20,000 bases of DNA, taken from NCBI GenBank assembly GCA_050230475.1, contig JBFLGF010000116.1, forward strand, positions 59,620-79,619, in the 5' to 3' direction. A model generated the notes under the pieces. The model had not been told where the DNA came from, did no database searches, and was given only the letters and a program-made list of their open reading frames with translations. The stretch is from Ancylonema sp. (Eukaryota). A program made the translations under genes and the position numbers. Positions 19,960-20,000 of this stretch are shown piece by piece; position 1 is the first letter of the stretch; each line of letters begins with the position of its first letter.

Positions 19960-20000
19960 TGTTAGGACCCTCGCTACAGTCACTAGGGCTCCTTAGCGAG
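19960..20000 (+). mobile_element. Start of another LTR of the same chromovirus family (runs off the window)
   Basis: TGTTAGGACCCTCGCTACAGTCACTAG matches the 3' LTR start at 18397. It is preceded by CGGAT rather than a PPT. Confidence 0.9.

Overview
Eukaryotic genomic DNA, most likely from a green plant lineage (streptophyte alga or non-seed plant; inferred from the plant-like TYW1 protein and the transposon types). There are two host genes: a six-exon TYW1 (wybutosine radical-SAM enzyme, 997-4883, +) and an intronless LEA group-3-like gene (11094-11498, -) with ABRE/CE3/DRE-like motifs upstream. The rest is mostly transposon-derived. It includes nested TA-targeting pogo/Tc1-mariner-type MITEs (5328-6388), a hAT-like TIR element rich in hairpins (6907-7603), a full-length decayed chromovirus Ty3/gypsy element (13128-18825), a truncated RT of a different gypsy lineage (19240-19959, -) and the start of another copy of the chromovirus LTR (19960-20000). 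The chromovirus is the most notable item. It has no tRNA PBS; its PBS is instead complementary to its own predicted transcript start (Tf1-type self-priming). It also has an in-frame A-AAA-AAC -1 frameshift signal with a downstream stem, an MLDD RT active site, and 8 nt of PPT sequence retained between its left TSD and 5' LTR.
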